Assembly (NCBI GenBank): GCA_943787795.1
Contig: CALSNU010000001.1
Coordinates: 1,024,001 to 1,088,000, forward strand
Origin: an uncultured bacterium
GTDB taxonomy: Bacteria > Planctomycetota > UBA1135 > GCA-002686595
DNA: 64,000 nucleotides
Direction of reading: 5' to 3'
Shown in pieces: positions 39,000-49,739 of this stretch. The position numbers and the translations under genes were made by a program. Below the pieces are notes generated by a model. The model was not told the origin of the DNA and did not search any database. It saw only the letters and a list, made by a program, of their open reading frames with translations. How positions within the stretch are numbered: position 1 is the stretch's first letter; each line of letters starts with the position of its first letter.

Positions 39000-41900
39000 G
39001 GTCGAAGCGCAGCCGGGTGCGCGTATCCCTTGAACCCTTCACGGTGACGCGCTTGCGCTCCGTGCGTCCGTCCTGAGCCCTCGCGGTGATGGTGTAGCGA
39101 CCGGGGGGGAGCGGCCCGAACCGCTGCTCTGTGGTGGAGACGCCCTCGCCGAAGGACCTGAAGAGCTCGGTCCCGACGAGCCCGCTGACCTCACGGCCGT
39201 CGCTGTCCACGACCGTCACCTCGGCGCGGACTGGCGTGTCATCCTTCTCCACGGTGCGGACCACAAGGCTGCTCGCCTCATCGACCTCCAGTCGGACCTC
39301 GGTGTCCTGGCCGGCGCTGACGACCACGCCGTCCACGGTCTCGGAGGCCTGCCCATCGCCGCGCGCGGACACCACGTAGGTGCCGGGGTTGACCCTGGAG
39401 TAAGAGAAGCGGCCGTCGCTTCCGCTGCGCACGGTGGAGATCGCGTCCACCGGGCGGCCCGAGGCTTCACGCACGAAGATCGTCGCGCCCGCGAGAGGCT
39501 CACCGTCCTTCCCGACCACCTGGCCGATGACTCGGCCGGGGCTCGAGAGCCGGACATTGACGCCGCCGGTCACGGACGTGGCGTTGACCTCGACGCCCTC
39601 GACCACGGCCACACCAAAGGCGTCTCCGGTGGAGCCACCGCCGCGGCCCCAGCCCCGGCTGCCCACCCGCAGGGCATAGGTGCCGGGGTCCAGGTCATCG
39701 AGCTCGTACCGCCCGTCTGCGTCGGTGGAGGCGGAGCGCGGGTCGAAGCGATTGAAGGAGAACGAGGTGCTCGGCTCCGCGGTCACTCGGATCCCGGCGG
39801 CGGGCCGGCCGTCGGAGTCCGTCACGCGCCCGGAGATGCCGCCCTCGGGGAGCTCGAGGTTCACGCGCTGCTCGCCGCTGCTCGGCACGTCAATGAGGAA
39901 GGCGTTGCGGCGGGACCCGCGCTCGACGGACACCAGATAGGCGCCCGGCCGGTCCAGCTCGATCCTGTAGGCGCCGGCCTGAACGTCCGCGCGCTTGAGG
40001 TTGGCGAAGAGGTCGCCGCCCTCGCGGGCGAAGGTGACGTTGCCGCCGTTGACCGCCACCCCCGCCGCGGGTGACCTCGCCCAGGACAACCACAGGGTCC
40101 CGTGGCTCGGCCCCGAGCTCCACGAAGACCTGGCCGCCGTCCTCGACCTGGACCTCCTGGCTGAGGTTCTGGGCCATGAGCTCGAAGAACGCGCTCTCGT
40201 CGCGGGCGCCCTCGAACGTCTTGAACATCTCGCGCTCCCCAGGGGACGCGTTCACGGTCCACTTACCCGGGGGGACGGTCTCGAAGGTGAAGCTCCCGGT
40301 GGAGTCGGTGGTCGCCGTCTCGGCGCCTCCGAACATGGCCATCGGGCCGCCTCCCTGGGCGTAGGTCACGCGCCGCCCGGCCCAGGGGCTGCCCTCTGCG
40401 TCGCGCACGATGCCGCTGATCCTCCCGCCGCGACGGAGCTCCAGCACCAGTCCTTCCGACACCTCGCCGGCGACCACGTCGATGCTGGCGGGCTCCGACT
40501 TGGCCCACCCCTCGCCGGAGGCCTCGAAGGTCTGGGCTCCGGGCTGCATGTCTTCGATCTCGAACGTCCCGTCCTCGCCGGAGGTCACGCCTTGCTCACG
40601 ACGGCCCCAGCCGCCGAAGCCGCCGCCGGCCTGGGCGCGGGCCACCGTGGCGCCCGCGACAGGGGCGCCGCCCGGGCCCACCACGAGGCCACGAACGCTG
40701 CCGCGGCGCTGGAGCGTGAAGCGCGGCTCAGGGCCCGTCTGGGGGACGATGACGGTGCGGGTCTGATCCTCGGGGGCCGTGTAGCCGGACGCCCGGATGG
40801 ACACCTTCCAGGTCCCCGCGCTGAGGCCGGCGACCGAGAAGCGACCGTCCTCCGCCGAGGTGGTCTTTCGAACGCCGTCGCCCGCACCCGAGCGGGAGCT
40901 GTAGCCCTCGCGCGCGGCCCTGATCTCGAAGTCGGTCACGGGGTCGCCGGCATCGTCGATCACCAGGCCGGAGAGGGTCAAGGTCGCCCGGAGGGTGAGC
41001 TCGACCGGCTCGCTCGAGCCGGGTTCGACGTCTTCTGCAATGGCGACCAGCTCGGTCGGCGGAGCGTCATCGCCCATGACCTCCGTTGTGGCCACGACCC
41101 TGACGGCTGACTCGGTCAGCGCGTCGAAGCGGAACCGGCCCTCTCCATCGGCCGTCGTCTCTTTTCGCTCGGGGCCTCGATTGCGGCCCCCCCCAGAAGT
41201 TGCGTCGTCCCTCATCTCCGCCGGAGGAGGCGCGCGCCTGCTCCAGCCGGACCTTCGCCATCGCCGCCGGGGAGCCGTCGGGCATGAGGACTGTGCCAGT
41301 GATCGGACAGGCCGCGCACCATGGTGATGGTCGTCCCGGTGAGCGTCATTCCGTCCTCGACCTCGACTCGCTCGGCGGTCTTGCCGCCCCGCCAGCCGTC
41401 GAGGTTCGCGGCGACGGAGTACTGCCCGGCGGAGAGGCCGAGGAGCTCGAACGCGCCGTCACCGTCGCTGGTCGTCTCCCGCTCGGGGCTCCTTCCGCCG
41501 AACATCATGCCTCGCTGACCTGAGGCCTTGAGCGTGGCGCCGGCGACGGGCATGCCGCCTTCATCGAGTACGCGTCCTGCAATGCGGCCGCCCGCGTTGA
41601 GCATCATCGGGCAGTTCGTTCTCGTGCCAGGGCTGAGGTCGAGTGCCTCGCTCCGCCCTGGCGCGAGAGTGGGGATGTCCACGCTCACGGTCAGGGTGAG
41701 ATCCGGGCGCACGCCGCGGAACTCGAAGGCGAGATCTTCATTCAGCTCGGCCCGACGGTCCGTCCACCCCATCCCGCGTCCGCGGCCGCGGCTCATGGTG
41801 CCGCCCGAGAGGGACACCGTGCCGAAGCTGCCCTCATCGTCGGCCTCCAGCGCGGCACCGCCGGCCTGGACCACGCCGGTGACCCAGGCGCCGAGTTCCG

Positions 41901-42546
41901 GTTGGACGACGACACGATCCACGCCGGCAGCGAGGTCCACCTTGACCGGCTCAGCCAGGAACAGGAAGCGGCCGTCGAGCTGGATCAGCCCTTCGCTCGC
42001 CTCGTTGTCGAAGCGGAGCTCCACCAGGCCCGACGGCGCGGCCTCGGAGACGCTCCAGAGCAGCCGGTCTTCGTCGCTGAACTCAGCGATGGAGCGCAGG
42101 GCCGAGGCGCCAGAAGAGCGCCTGCGGAAGCGCCGACGGACCCCCTCGTCGCGCCAGTTGACATCCTCCGTCTCGACCTCGACCTCCGACCAGCCGATGA
42201 GTCGAAGCTCCTCGTCCATGGGCGCTCCGGCGGGGAGCTGGAGCTCGACGGTGACCACGCGGACGCGGTCGTCCTCCACGTTGGAGCTGGCGCTTAACCC
42301 GCCGAGGTCGATCACCTCGGGGGAGAGCTCCACGCTGGCGCGGGCCGCCTGGTTGCCGCTGAGGTCGGCCAGGGGTTGAGGGGCTCGCTCCGCGCGGTCG
42401 GCGGACGGGCTCGCGGCCCGAGCCACGTTGACGGACTCGTACCCGACGCTGTCCTCGGCGGCGCCTCCCCCGGAGAAAAAGAGGACGGCGGCGATGGCGG
42501 CCACGGCGGCGGCTGCAGCGAGCGCGAGGAGGGCCTTTGTGTTCAT
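38986..42546 (-). CDS. Large carboxypeptidase-regulatory-like (prealbumin-fold) repeat protein, interrupted by 3 apparent +1 frameshifts
   Basis: N-terminal TM/signal MNTKALLALAAAAAV; repeated 'GRVLDEGGMPVAGATL...TSDGDGAFELLGLSAGQYSV' modules across ORFs 41212-42615, 41067-41285, 39890-41215 and 38986-40089; frame restored by deleting one base each at ~41305, 41187-41194 (C8) and 40059-40063 (C5). Confidence 0.8.
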
Positions 42547-42768
42547 CAGTAGCTCGGGGGGCGGATCTGCGACAGATTCGCCGCGGAGGGGGGAGCAGCG
42601 GCAACATTCATGCAAATCCCTGGCGATGCCGCGGGGCGGTGATCCGCATCGATCATGGAGGCAGTCCGGGCTCTGCTCTGTAAGATCTTCGGCCCCGCAT
42701 GCCCTTCAGGTCTCGACCTGGCGCCGGCGCCCGGTCTCCCCCGATGGGCCCGGTCGGACCGGTCCGGC

Positions 42769-42835
42769 CGGTTCGCCTGATCCGCTCGGTTCGCCTGACC
42801 CACCCGGTTCGCCTGACCTACCCGGTCCACCCGGT
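42769..42835. repeat. 18-bp tandem repeat (CGGTTCGCCTGAYCNNCY), 3 copies plus partial units, upstream of the carboxylase gene
   Basis: Units at 42769, 42787 and 42805, then CGGTCCACC-CGGTC. Confidence 0.85.
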
Positions 42836-42872
42836 CGGGCGGGGGCCACGACCCATTCCCACGCCTAGCTTC

Positions 42873-44453
42873 ATGACCACCGAATCCACCGCGAGCATGT
42901 CTGACGCCGCCAAGGACCCCGTCCAGAGACTCCGTGAGGCCCGCGAGCAGAGCCTGGTGGGGGGGGGAGAGAAGCGGATCGCTGCCCAGCACGCCAAGGG
43001 CAAGATGACGGCCCGGGAGCGCATCGACTTCCTCGTGGACGAGGGCTCGTTCATCGAGCTCGACCGGTTCGTGACGCATCGCTGCACGGACTTCGACATG
43101 GACGAGCAGAAGATTCTGGGCGATGGGGTGGTGACCGGGCACGCGAGGATCGACGGCCGCCCCGTCTACCTCTTCAGCCAGGACTTCACCGTCTTCGGCG
43201 GGAGCCTCTCGGAGACCCACGCCGAGAAGATCTGCAAGGTCATGGACCTCGCGCTGAAGGTGGGGGTGCCGGTCATCGGGCTGAACGACTCCGGCGGCGC
43301 GCGCATCCAGGAGGGCGTCCAGAGCCTCGGCGGCTACGCGGAGATCTTCTGGCGCAACACCCAGGCCTCGGGCGTCATCCCGCAGCTCTCTGGCGTGCTC
43401 GGCCCGTGCGCTGGGGGCGCCGTGTACAGCCCCGCGCTGACCGACTTCATCGCCATGGTGGAGGGCAACTCCTACATGCACATCACGGGGCCTGACGTCG
43501 TGAAGACGGTCACCCACGAGGAGGTGACCAGCGAGGACCTGGGCGGCGCCTCGGTCCACAGCGCCAAGTCGGGCGTGGCGCACTTCGCGACCCCCGACGA
43601 CAAGAGCTGCCTCCTCTTGCTCCGCAAGCTCCTCTCGTACCTGCCCCTGAACAACGCCGAGGATCCGCCCTTCGTGCCGACGGAGGACCCCTCGGATCGT
43701 GAGGATCCGGGCCTGGATTCGATCGTCCCCGAGGACCCGCAGAAGCCGTACGACATGCGGCAGGTCCTCGACAAGGTCCTCGATGAGGGGTCCTGGTTCG
43801 AGGTCCAGGAGGGCTGGGCGCAGAACCTGCTGGTGGGCTTCGGCCGGCTCGGCGGCCGCGTCGTCGGCATCGTCGCGAACCAACCCTCGGTGCTCGCGGG
43901 CTGCCTCGACAGTGAGGCCAGCGAGAAGGGCGCCCGCTTCATCCGCTTCTGCGACGCCTTCAACATCCCGATCGTCACCTTCGAGGACGTGCCCGGGTTC
44001 CTGCCGGGGACGGACCAGGAGCACGGCGGCATCATCCGGCGGGGCGCCAAGCTCCTCTACGCCTACTGCGAGGCCTCGGTCCCGCTGCTGACCGTGATCA
44101 CCCGCAAGGCCTATGGCGGCGCCTATGACGTGATGGCTTCAAAGCACATCCGCTCGGACGTCAACATCGCCTGGCCTGGCGCCATGGTGGCGGTGATGGG
44201 GGCGGCTGGGGCTGCCAAGATCATCCACCGGCGCGAGATTCAGGCGGCCGACGACCCCGCGGCGCTCGAGGCGCAGCGGGCCGCAGAGTACGACGAGACG
44301 TTCAACAACCCGTACCGGGCCGCGGCGCGCGGCTTTGTGGATGACGTCATCGAGGCCTCGAAGACGCGTCCTTACCTCATCCGATCGCTGGAGCTGCTCC
44401 GGACGAAGAAGGAGAACCGACCCGTGCGCAAGCACGGCAATATCCCCCTCTGA
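42873..44453 (+). CDS. pccB: Acyl-CoA carboxylase carboxyltransferase subunit beta (PccB/MmdA type)
   Basis: '[13 protein letters not shown]', '[10 protein letters not shown]', '[10 protein letters not shown]', '[16 protein letters not shown]', 'DVPGFLPG', 'RKAYGGAY', 'KHGNIPL'. Confidence 0.92.
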   Translation: MTTESTASMSDAAKDPVQRLREAREQSLVGGGEKRIAAQHAKGKMTARERIDFLVDEGSFIELDRFVTHRCTDFDMDEQKILGDGVVTGHARIDGRPVYLFSQDFTVFGGSLSETHAEKICKVMDLALKVGVPVIGLNDSGGARIQEGVQSLGGYAEIFWRNTQASGVIPQLSGVLGPCAGGAVYSPALTDFIAMVEGNSYMHITGPDVVKTVTHEEVTSEDLGGASVHSAKSGVAHFATPDDKSCLLLLRKLLSYLPLNNAEDPPFVPTEDPSDREDPGLDSIVPEDPQKPYDMRQVLDKVLDEGSWFEVQEGWAQNLLVGFGRLGGRVVGIVANQPSVLAGCLDSEASEKGARFIRFCDAFNIPIVTFEDVPGFLPGTDQEHGGIIRRGAKLLYAYCEASVPLLTVITRKAYGGAYDVMASKHIRSDVNIAWPGAMVAVMGAAGAAKIIHRREIQAADDPAALEAQRAAEYDETFNNPYRAAARGFVDDVIEASKTRPYLIRSLELLRTKKENRPVRKHGNIPL

Positions 44454-44574
44454 TCGACTCTGGCTCCCCTCGGACGGGTTTTCCACGGATCCCCGACCCC
44501 CGTCCACGAGCTCCAGGGCTAACCTCTCGCGCTTGCGCCCCCTCCCTCCGAACCCCGGGGGCCGCACCACCGAC

Positions 44575-44796
44575 ATGGACCTGACTCTTCCGCAGCGCCT
44601 CCAGCAGTCCGTTCAGGGCTCGTTCCACAAGACCGCTCTCCTCCAGAAGCGAGTCCGTGAGCTGATCCGTGGCGCCTCGCCGCTGATCGAGACGCGCGAG
44701 ACCAACCCGATCAAGATCGCCTTCCTGGAGATGGAGCGCGGCCTCATCGAGCTGATCCCGGACGAGGAGAGCCAGGCGCCGCCGACCTCGCTCTGA
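44575..44796 (+). CDS. rpoZ: DNA-directed RNA polymerase subunit omega
   Basis: 73 aa 'GSFHKTALLQKRVRELIRGASPLIET..NPIKIAFLEMERGLI' fits the omega pattern (F.L...A.R.R.L..G..P....P...A..E...G). Confidence 0.8.
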   Translation: MDLTLPQRLQQSVQGSFHKTALLQKRVRELIRGASPLIETRETNPIKIAFLEMERGLIELIPDEESQAPPTSL

Positions 44797-44806
44797 GGTC
44801 GCCACC

Positions 44807-45946
44807 TTGCCGGCCGAGCAGGTGACCTCCGCGTCCCGTCCTCGTCGCCACGACGGGCTCCTCGCCGAGCGCGGTGGATGGCCGGAGTTGCTCTGGATCC
44901 CGGCGCTGCTCTTCGGAGCCATCGCGCGGCTCAGGTCGATGATGTACGCGCGGCGTGCGCGGCCCGTCTTTGAGGTCGGCGCCCCGGTCGTCAGCGTGGG
45001 GAACCTCGCCGCGGGTGGGACGGGCAAGACCCCCATGATCGCCTGGCTCGCCGAGCGGCTCCGCGAGCGCGGGCTCCGGGCGGGCATCGTGTCCCGAGGC
45101 TACGGGGCCGAGGAACGCGGGGGCGTGCAGGCCCCCAACGACGAGGCGCGGATGCTTGCTGAGATGCTCCCCGACGTTCCGCACGTGCAGGATCGAGATC
45201 GGGTCCGCGCGGCGACACAGCTCGTGGACCGCGGCCTCGACGTCATCTTGATGGACGACGGCTTCCAGCACCGCCGGCTCGCGAGGGACGTGGACCTCGT
45301 GCTGATCGACAGCCTGCGCCCGTTCGGTCTGCCGGCTCCCGCGAATGGTGGGTTGCCCGTTGAGGCGCCGATTCCCCGCGGGCTGATGCGTGAGCCGTTG
45401 AGCGCGCTCGGCCGAGCATCTGCGGTGGTGCTGACTCGCGTGGACGCCGTGGACGAGGCGACCCTGGAGCGACTGGAGCGGCGGATCGAGCGGGCCGCGC
45501 CAGGGATGCCGGTGCTCCAGGCGCGGCATGCTCCGGTGGCCTATCGAGAGGCTGGCGATCCGGATCGTACGAGGCACCCGCTGCATCAACTGGAGGGGCT
45601 CGAGGTGGACCTGGTCAGCGGGATCGGGAACCCGGGCGCCTTCGAGGCCACGGCGCGAGGCCTTGGCGTGCGCGTCCACTCGCACCGGCGGTTCCCCGAT
45701 CACCACTCCTTTGCACCGGGGGACCTCGACGGGCTCGGCGTCGAGCGGGCGGTCCTGACCACCGCGAAGGATGCCGCACGCCTGGACGGGCTCCCCGAGG
45801 TGGACGCCCCTGGGCGTCTGCTCATCCTGGAGGTGGAGCTGAACGTCAGCCGGGGCAGGCCCATTCTGGACGCGCTGCTCGACACCCTGCCGCCGACCCA
45901 GAGGGCTCGCGAGCGCGCGTCGATCCACGAGGGCCTCCATGGGTGA
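44807..45946 (+). CDS. lpxK: Tetraacyldisaccharide 4'-kinase
   Basis: 'PVVSVGNLAAGGTGKTP', 'IVSRGYG', 'NDEA', 'ILMDDGFQHRRLARDVD', 'G.MREP', 'FPDHH', 'LTTAKD'. Confidence 0.96.
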   Translation: MPAEQVTSASRPRRHDGLLAERGGWPELLWIPALLFGAIARLRSMMYARRARPVFEVGAPVVSVGNLAAGGTGKTPMIAWLAERLRERGLRAGIVSRGYGAEERGGVQAPNDEARMLAEMLPDVPHVQDRDRVRAATQLVDRGLDVILMDDGFQHRRLARDVDLVLIDSLRPFGLPAPANGGLPVEAPIPRGLMREPLSALGRASAVVLTRVDAVDEATLERLERRIERAAPGMPVLQARHAPVAYREAGDPDRTRHPLHQLEGLEVDLVSGIGNPGAFEATARGLGVRVHSHRRFPDHHSFAPGDLDGLGVERAVLTTAKDAARLDGLPEVDAPGRLLILEVELNVSRGRPILDALLDTLPPTQRARERASIHEGLHG

Positions 45947-47009
45947 GGCGCCTCGATCCGCGGGCTCAACGTCGCCGCTGGAACATGTCCGTCGGTTCGA
46001 TGATCGGCGGCTCCTCACGCAGGAGACCAGCTGGCCTGTGGAGGTCCCGCCGTTCGAAGACGGGCGCTTCCATAGCCCGAAGCACCGAGCCCTGCAGCTG
46101 CTCATGAAGGCGGCGCAGGGGACCGCGCTCCGTCTCCCCGGTCCTCTCCAGCGGGGACTCGTGGCGTCCCTTGCCGGAGCGGGGCGCGCCCTGGACAAGC
46201 GCCACACGCGGGCGGCGGAGGACTACATCAGGGCTGCGCTGCCCCTGGCGACCGACCCCGAGGTCGACCTGCTGGTTGCCCAGGCGTGGAGGCACCTGTT
46301 GCGGATCGCCCTCGTGGCGGTGGGCGTGGACCGTCATGTGATGGGGGGGCGCCTGGGGGACCACTACGAGATCAAGGCCTGTCCCGAGGCGCTCGACGTG
46401 CTCGAGCGACCGGGCGGTGCCATCATGCTGTCCGCCCACGTCGGCTTCTGGGAGGCATGTTGCCCTGCCATTGTCGGGATGGGGTGGGGCCCGTCCTACG
46501 GCGTCGGCAAGGCGCCGCGGAACGACTTCGTGGCCCGCGACCTCGAGCGCGCGAGGGAGAGCCAGGGGATGCGCGTGATCCCCCGACGTGGGGCCATGGC
46601 GGCCGTGCCGGCGGCCGTCCGCGCGGGGGCCTCCGTGGGGATGTTGCTGGACCACCGCCCGCGGAGGAAGCCGATCTACGCGCCGTTCTTCGGGCGGCTG
46701 GCGGCCTGTGATCGGAGCGCCGGCGTCCTCCTCCGGCGGGTCAAGGCGCCGCTCGTGTTCTACGCCTGCTACTCGGCGAAGGGGACGGACGCCCTGGACT
46801 CATGGCGCTTCGAGCTCCGGCTTCCCGCGGTCATCGAGCCCGAGGAGCTCGCAGGGGTTGACCCTGAGTCGATCGCAGCGCGCATCAATTCCGAACTCGA
46901 ACGGCTCATTCTTCATCGACCCGAGGAGGCCTTTTGGCTCCATGACCGCTTCCGGGGGGCCCCCGACAAAGCTCCGGGTGATTCCGAGGACGAATCCCGC
47001 CGCGCCTGA
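45939..47009 (+). CDS. Lipid A biosynthesis late acyltransferase (LpxL/HtrB family)
   Basis: 'LSAHVGFWE', 'MLLDHRP', 'APFFG', 'PEEAFWLHDRFR'; overlaps lpxK. Confidence 0.85.
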   Translation: MGEAPRSAGSTSPLEHVRRFDDRRLLTQETSWPVEVPPFEDGRFHSPKHRALQLLMKAAQGTALRLPGPLQRGLVASLAGAGRALDKRHTRAAEDYIRAALPLATDPEVDLLVAQAWRHLLRIALVAVGVDRHVMGGRLGDHYEIKACPEALDVLERPGGAIMLSAHVGFWEACCPAIVGMGWGPSYGVGKAPRNDFVARDLERARESQGMRVIPRRGAMAAVPAAVRAGASVGMLLDHRPRRKPIYAPFFGRLAACDRSAGVLLRRVKAPLVFYACYSAKGTDALDSWRFELRLPAVIEPEELAGVDPESIAARINSELERLILHRPEEAFWLHDRFRGAPDKAPGDSEDESRRA

Positions 47010-47063
47010 TGACCTTGGCCCCCTCAGCCCGGCAAACTGTGCCGAGCTAGGACCCCGCGAACC

Positions 47064-48050
47064 ATGAGCGAGAGCAAGCACCCCTTCCCGCAGATGCGGG
47101 ACCTCGAGCTGTACGCGCTGGAGGACAGAGAGAGCCTCGTCGAGGTCGGAGACTTCTGCCAGGTTCCCGAGCCCGTGGCGGGCTTTGAAGGCTTCGTGGA
47201 CTCCCTGCCGGACATCTACGCCGGGACGGACTTCAAGAGCCTGGTGGGTCGCATCCTCCGCGCGCGGGTTGCGGGCAAGCCCGTGGTGATGGCCATGGGG
47301 GCCCACGTCCTGAAGGTCGGCCTCGCGCCGCTGATCATCGACCTCATGGAGCGGGGGGTGGTGACCCACGTTGCCCTCAACTCGGCCGGGGCGATCCATG
47401 ACTTCGAGATCGCGACCGCGGGGAAGACCTCCGAACGGGTCGATACCCAGCTCCCTGCGGGCCAGTTTGGGTTTGCGGATGAGACGGGCCTTGGCCTCGC
47501 CGAGGCCGCGCGACGCGGGGCCCGATGTGAGGGGGCGGACGAGCCAGGACTCGGACGGGGGCTCGGTCGGATGCTGCTCGAGCGTGCGCCGGAGCACCTC
47601 GCCCTGAGCGTCCCTGCGACGGCCGTTCGCCTCGGCCTGGGGGTGACCTGTCACCCGTCCATCGGGGCGGACATCGTTCACATGCACCCCGCTTGCGACG
47701 GCGCGGACCTCGGCGCAGCGGCGCTGGCGGACTTCCACCACGTTTGCCGAACCGTGTCGGAGCTGGCGGCGGATCCCGGCTCGGAGGCCGGCGGAGTCTG
47801 GCTCAATGTGGGCTGCGCCGTGATCCTCCCCGAGGTCTTCCTGAAGGCCGTCAGCGTCGCCATCAACCTCGGCGTGGACCTCGCGGCGATGACCACGGGC
47901 AACCTGGACATGATCCGGCAGTACCGCGCAGAGACCAACGTCGTGCGCCGGCCTCCCGGTGACGGCTTCACGCTCGTCGGGCAACACGAGCTGCTCCTCC
48001 CGCTCCTGCGTATGGCGATCATCAGCAAGCTGGAGGGCGGCCGGGTCTGA
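47064..48050 (+). CDS. Conserved hypothetical protein, deoxyhypusine-synthase-like fold (GSU2086-like)
   Basis: 'VVMAMGAHVLKVGLAPLIIDLMERG.VTHVALN.AGAIHDFEIA', 'GADIVHMHP', 'NVGCAVILPEVFLKA', 'GQHELLLP'. Confidence 0.7.
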   Translation: MSESKHPFPQMRDLELYALEDRESLVEVGDFCQVPEPVAGFEGFVDSLPDIYAGTDFKSLVGRILRARVAGKPVVMAMGAHVLKVGLAPLIIDLMERGVVTHVALNSAGAIHDFEIATAGKTSERVDTQLPAGQFGFADETGLGLAEAARRGARCEGADEPGLGRGLGRMLLERAPEHLALSVPATAVRLGLGVTCHPSIGADIVHMHPACDGADLGAAALADFHHVCRTVSELAADPGSEAGGVWLNVGCAVILPEVFLKAVSVAINLGVDLAAMTTGNLDMIRQYRAETNVVRRPPGDGFTLVGQHELLLPLLRMAIISKLEGGRV

Positions 48051-49558
48051 TGATCGAGGCGAACCGACTGAGGGAGTTGCTCGCCAACGAGGGGGCGCCG
48101 CGGGTGGTGATCATCGGCGACCTGATCGTCGACCGTTACATCTCCGGCGACGTGAGTCGGATCTCGCCAGAGGCGCCGATTCCGGTGCTCGCGGCCAGCT
48201 CCTCCGAGCTGCGGCTCGGGGGCGCGGGCAACGTCGCCGCGAACCTGCGCGCCATGGAGGCGGAGGTCATCATTGTCGGTGTCGTGGGTGATGACAGTCA
48301 CGGGTCCTTCCTGCGTCAGCTCTTCGAGGCCGAAGGTATCGGGACAGGCGGCGTGATTAGCGACGGCTCGCGGCCCACCATCGAGAAGACGCGCATGATG
48401 AGCGGCGTCCAGCAGATGCTCCGGGTGGACTGGGAGGACACGCGGCCGATCGATTCGGTGGTCCTCGCGCGGATGCTCGAGGCGATCCCCCGGGAGCTCG
48501 AGGGAGCCGACGCCGTCGTGCTCTCCGACTACGGAAAGGGCACCCTCACCCAGGAGGTCATCGAGCTCGCGATCGCGGAGGCCCAGGCACGGTCGATCCC
48601 GGTGCTCGTGGATCCGAAGGGCGCAGACTTCTCGCGCTACGCTGGCGCGACACTTGTCACGCCCAACCGCAAGGAGGCCGAGCTCGCCCTTGGGCGTGAG
48701 CTCTCTGGCCTGGGCGACCTGCCCGGCGCCGCAGACGAGCTGATCGCGGCCGCCTCCCTGGCACAGGTCGTGATCACGCTGGGCGGCGACGGCATCTACT
48801 TCCGGGCGCGCGACGGCGCGCTCGACGGCAGGATCCCGACACAGGCCCGGGCCGTCTTCGACGTGACCGGCGCGGGGGACACGGTCGTGGCTCACCTGGC
48901 GTTCCACCTCGGCGCCGGGTTGGAGCTCAAGGCCGCCGTGACGCTCGCGAACCACGCGGCGGGGATCGTCGTCGCCAAGCTGGGCACCCACTCGGTCACG
49001 CGCTCGGAGCTGTTCGAGCGGCTCCTCGAGGGGCAGCCCCAGGAGTCCAAGGTGGCGACGGCGGCGTCCTTGAGCGCGCGTCTCGAGGCTTGGCGGCGAG
49101 AGGGCAAGCGGATCGTCTTCACGAACGGCTGCTTCGATGTGCTCCACGCGGGTCACGTCAGCTACCTGCGCTTCGCGCGAGCCAGGGGGGACGTCCTGGT
49201 CGTCGGCGTCAACGATGACGCCAGCGTCGCGCGCCTGAAGGGCCCCGAGAGGCCGGTGAACCCGCTCGCGGATCGCCTCCTGGTCCTTGGCGCGCTCGAG
49301 GTGGTCGACGCGGTCATCGCCTTCGGTGAGGACACGCCCAGGGACCTGGTCGAGTTCGTCTCTCCGGACGTCCTGGTCAAGGGGGAGGACTACGTGGATC
49401 AGCCCGTGGTTGGCCGCGAGTGGGTGGAGTCTCACGGCGGTCAGGTGGTGCTCGCGCCGCTCCTCGAGGGGCGTTCGACCACCGGCATCCTGGGTCGGGC
49501 CGGCGGTGGCTCCGGTCGGACCGGCAGCCTCGACGGGGGCGCGGGCCAGGGCGCTTGA
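48050..49558 (+). CDS. hldE: Bifunctional heptose-7-phosphate kinase / heptose-1-phosphate adenylyltransferase
   Basis: 'RISPEAPIPV', 'LSDYGKG', 'TPNRKE', 'DVTGAGDT', 'VFTNGCFDVLHAGH', 'VKGEDY', 'RSTT'. Confidence 0.97.
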   Translation: MIEANRLRELLANEGAPRVVIIGDLIVDRYISGDVSRISPEAPIPVLAASSSELRLGGAGNVAANLRAMEAEVIIVGVVGDDSHGSFLRQLFEAEGIGTGGVISDGSRPTIEKTRMMSGVQQMLRVDWEDTRPIDSVVLARMLEAIPRELEGADAVVLSDYGKGTLTQEVIELAIAEAQARSIPVLVDPKGADFSRYAGATLVTPNRKEAELALGRELSGLGDLPGAADELIAAASLAQVVITLGGDGIYFRARDGALDGRIPTQARAVFDVTGAGDTVVAHLAFHLGAGLELKAAVTLANHAAGIVVAKLGTHSVTRSELFERLLEGQPQESKVATAASLSARLEAWRREGKRIVFTNGCFDVLHAGHVSYLRFARARGDVLVVGVNDDASVARLKGPERPVNPLADRLLVLGALEVVDAVIAFGEDTPRDLVEFVSPDVLVKGEDYVDQPVVGREWVESHGGQVVLAPLLEGRSTTGILGRAGGGSGRTGSLDGGAGQGA

Positions 49559-49739
49559 GGCGCGCCGGCCCGGCACGGCTCCTCACCAGGGCCGCGAAGA
49601 TCTCCCTCGTCGAGCGCAACGTGGCTCCGTCCTCGGTCGAGATGGCCACACGCGGGCTCAACGCAGTTTGCCGTGCCGTCCTGGCGGCGACTGACCGCCG
49701 GCCCGAGGCGTCCGGACGGAACGCCGGGTCGGGGACTCC

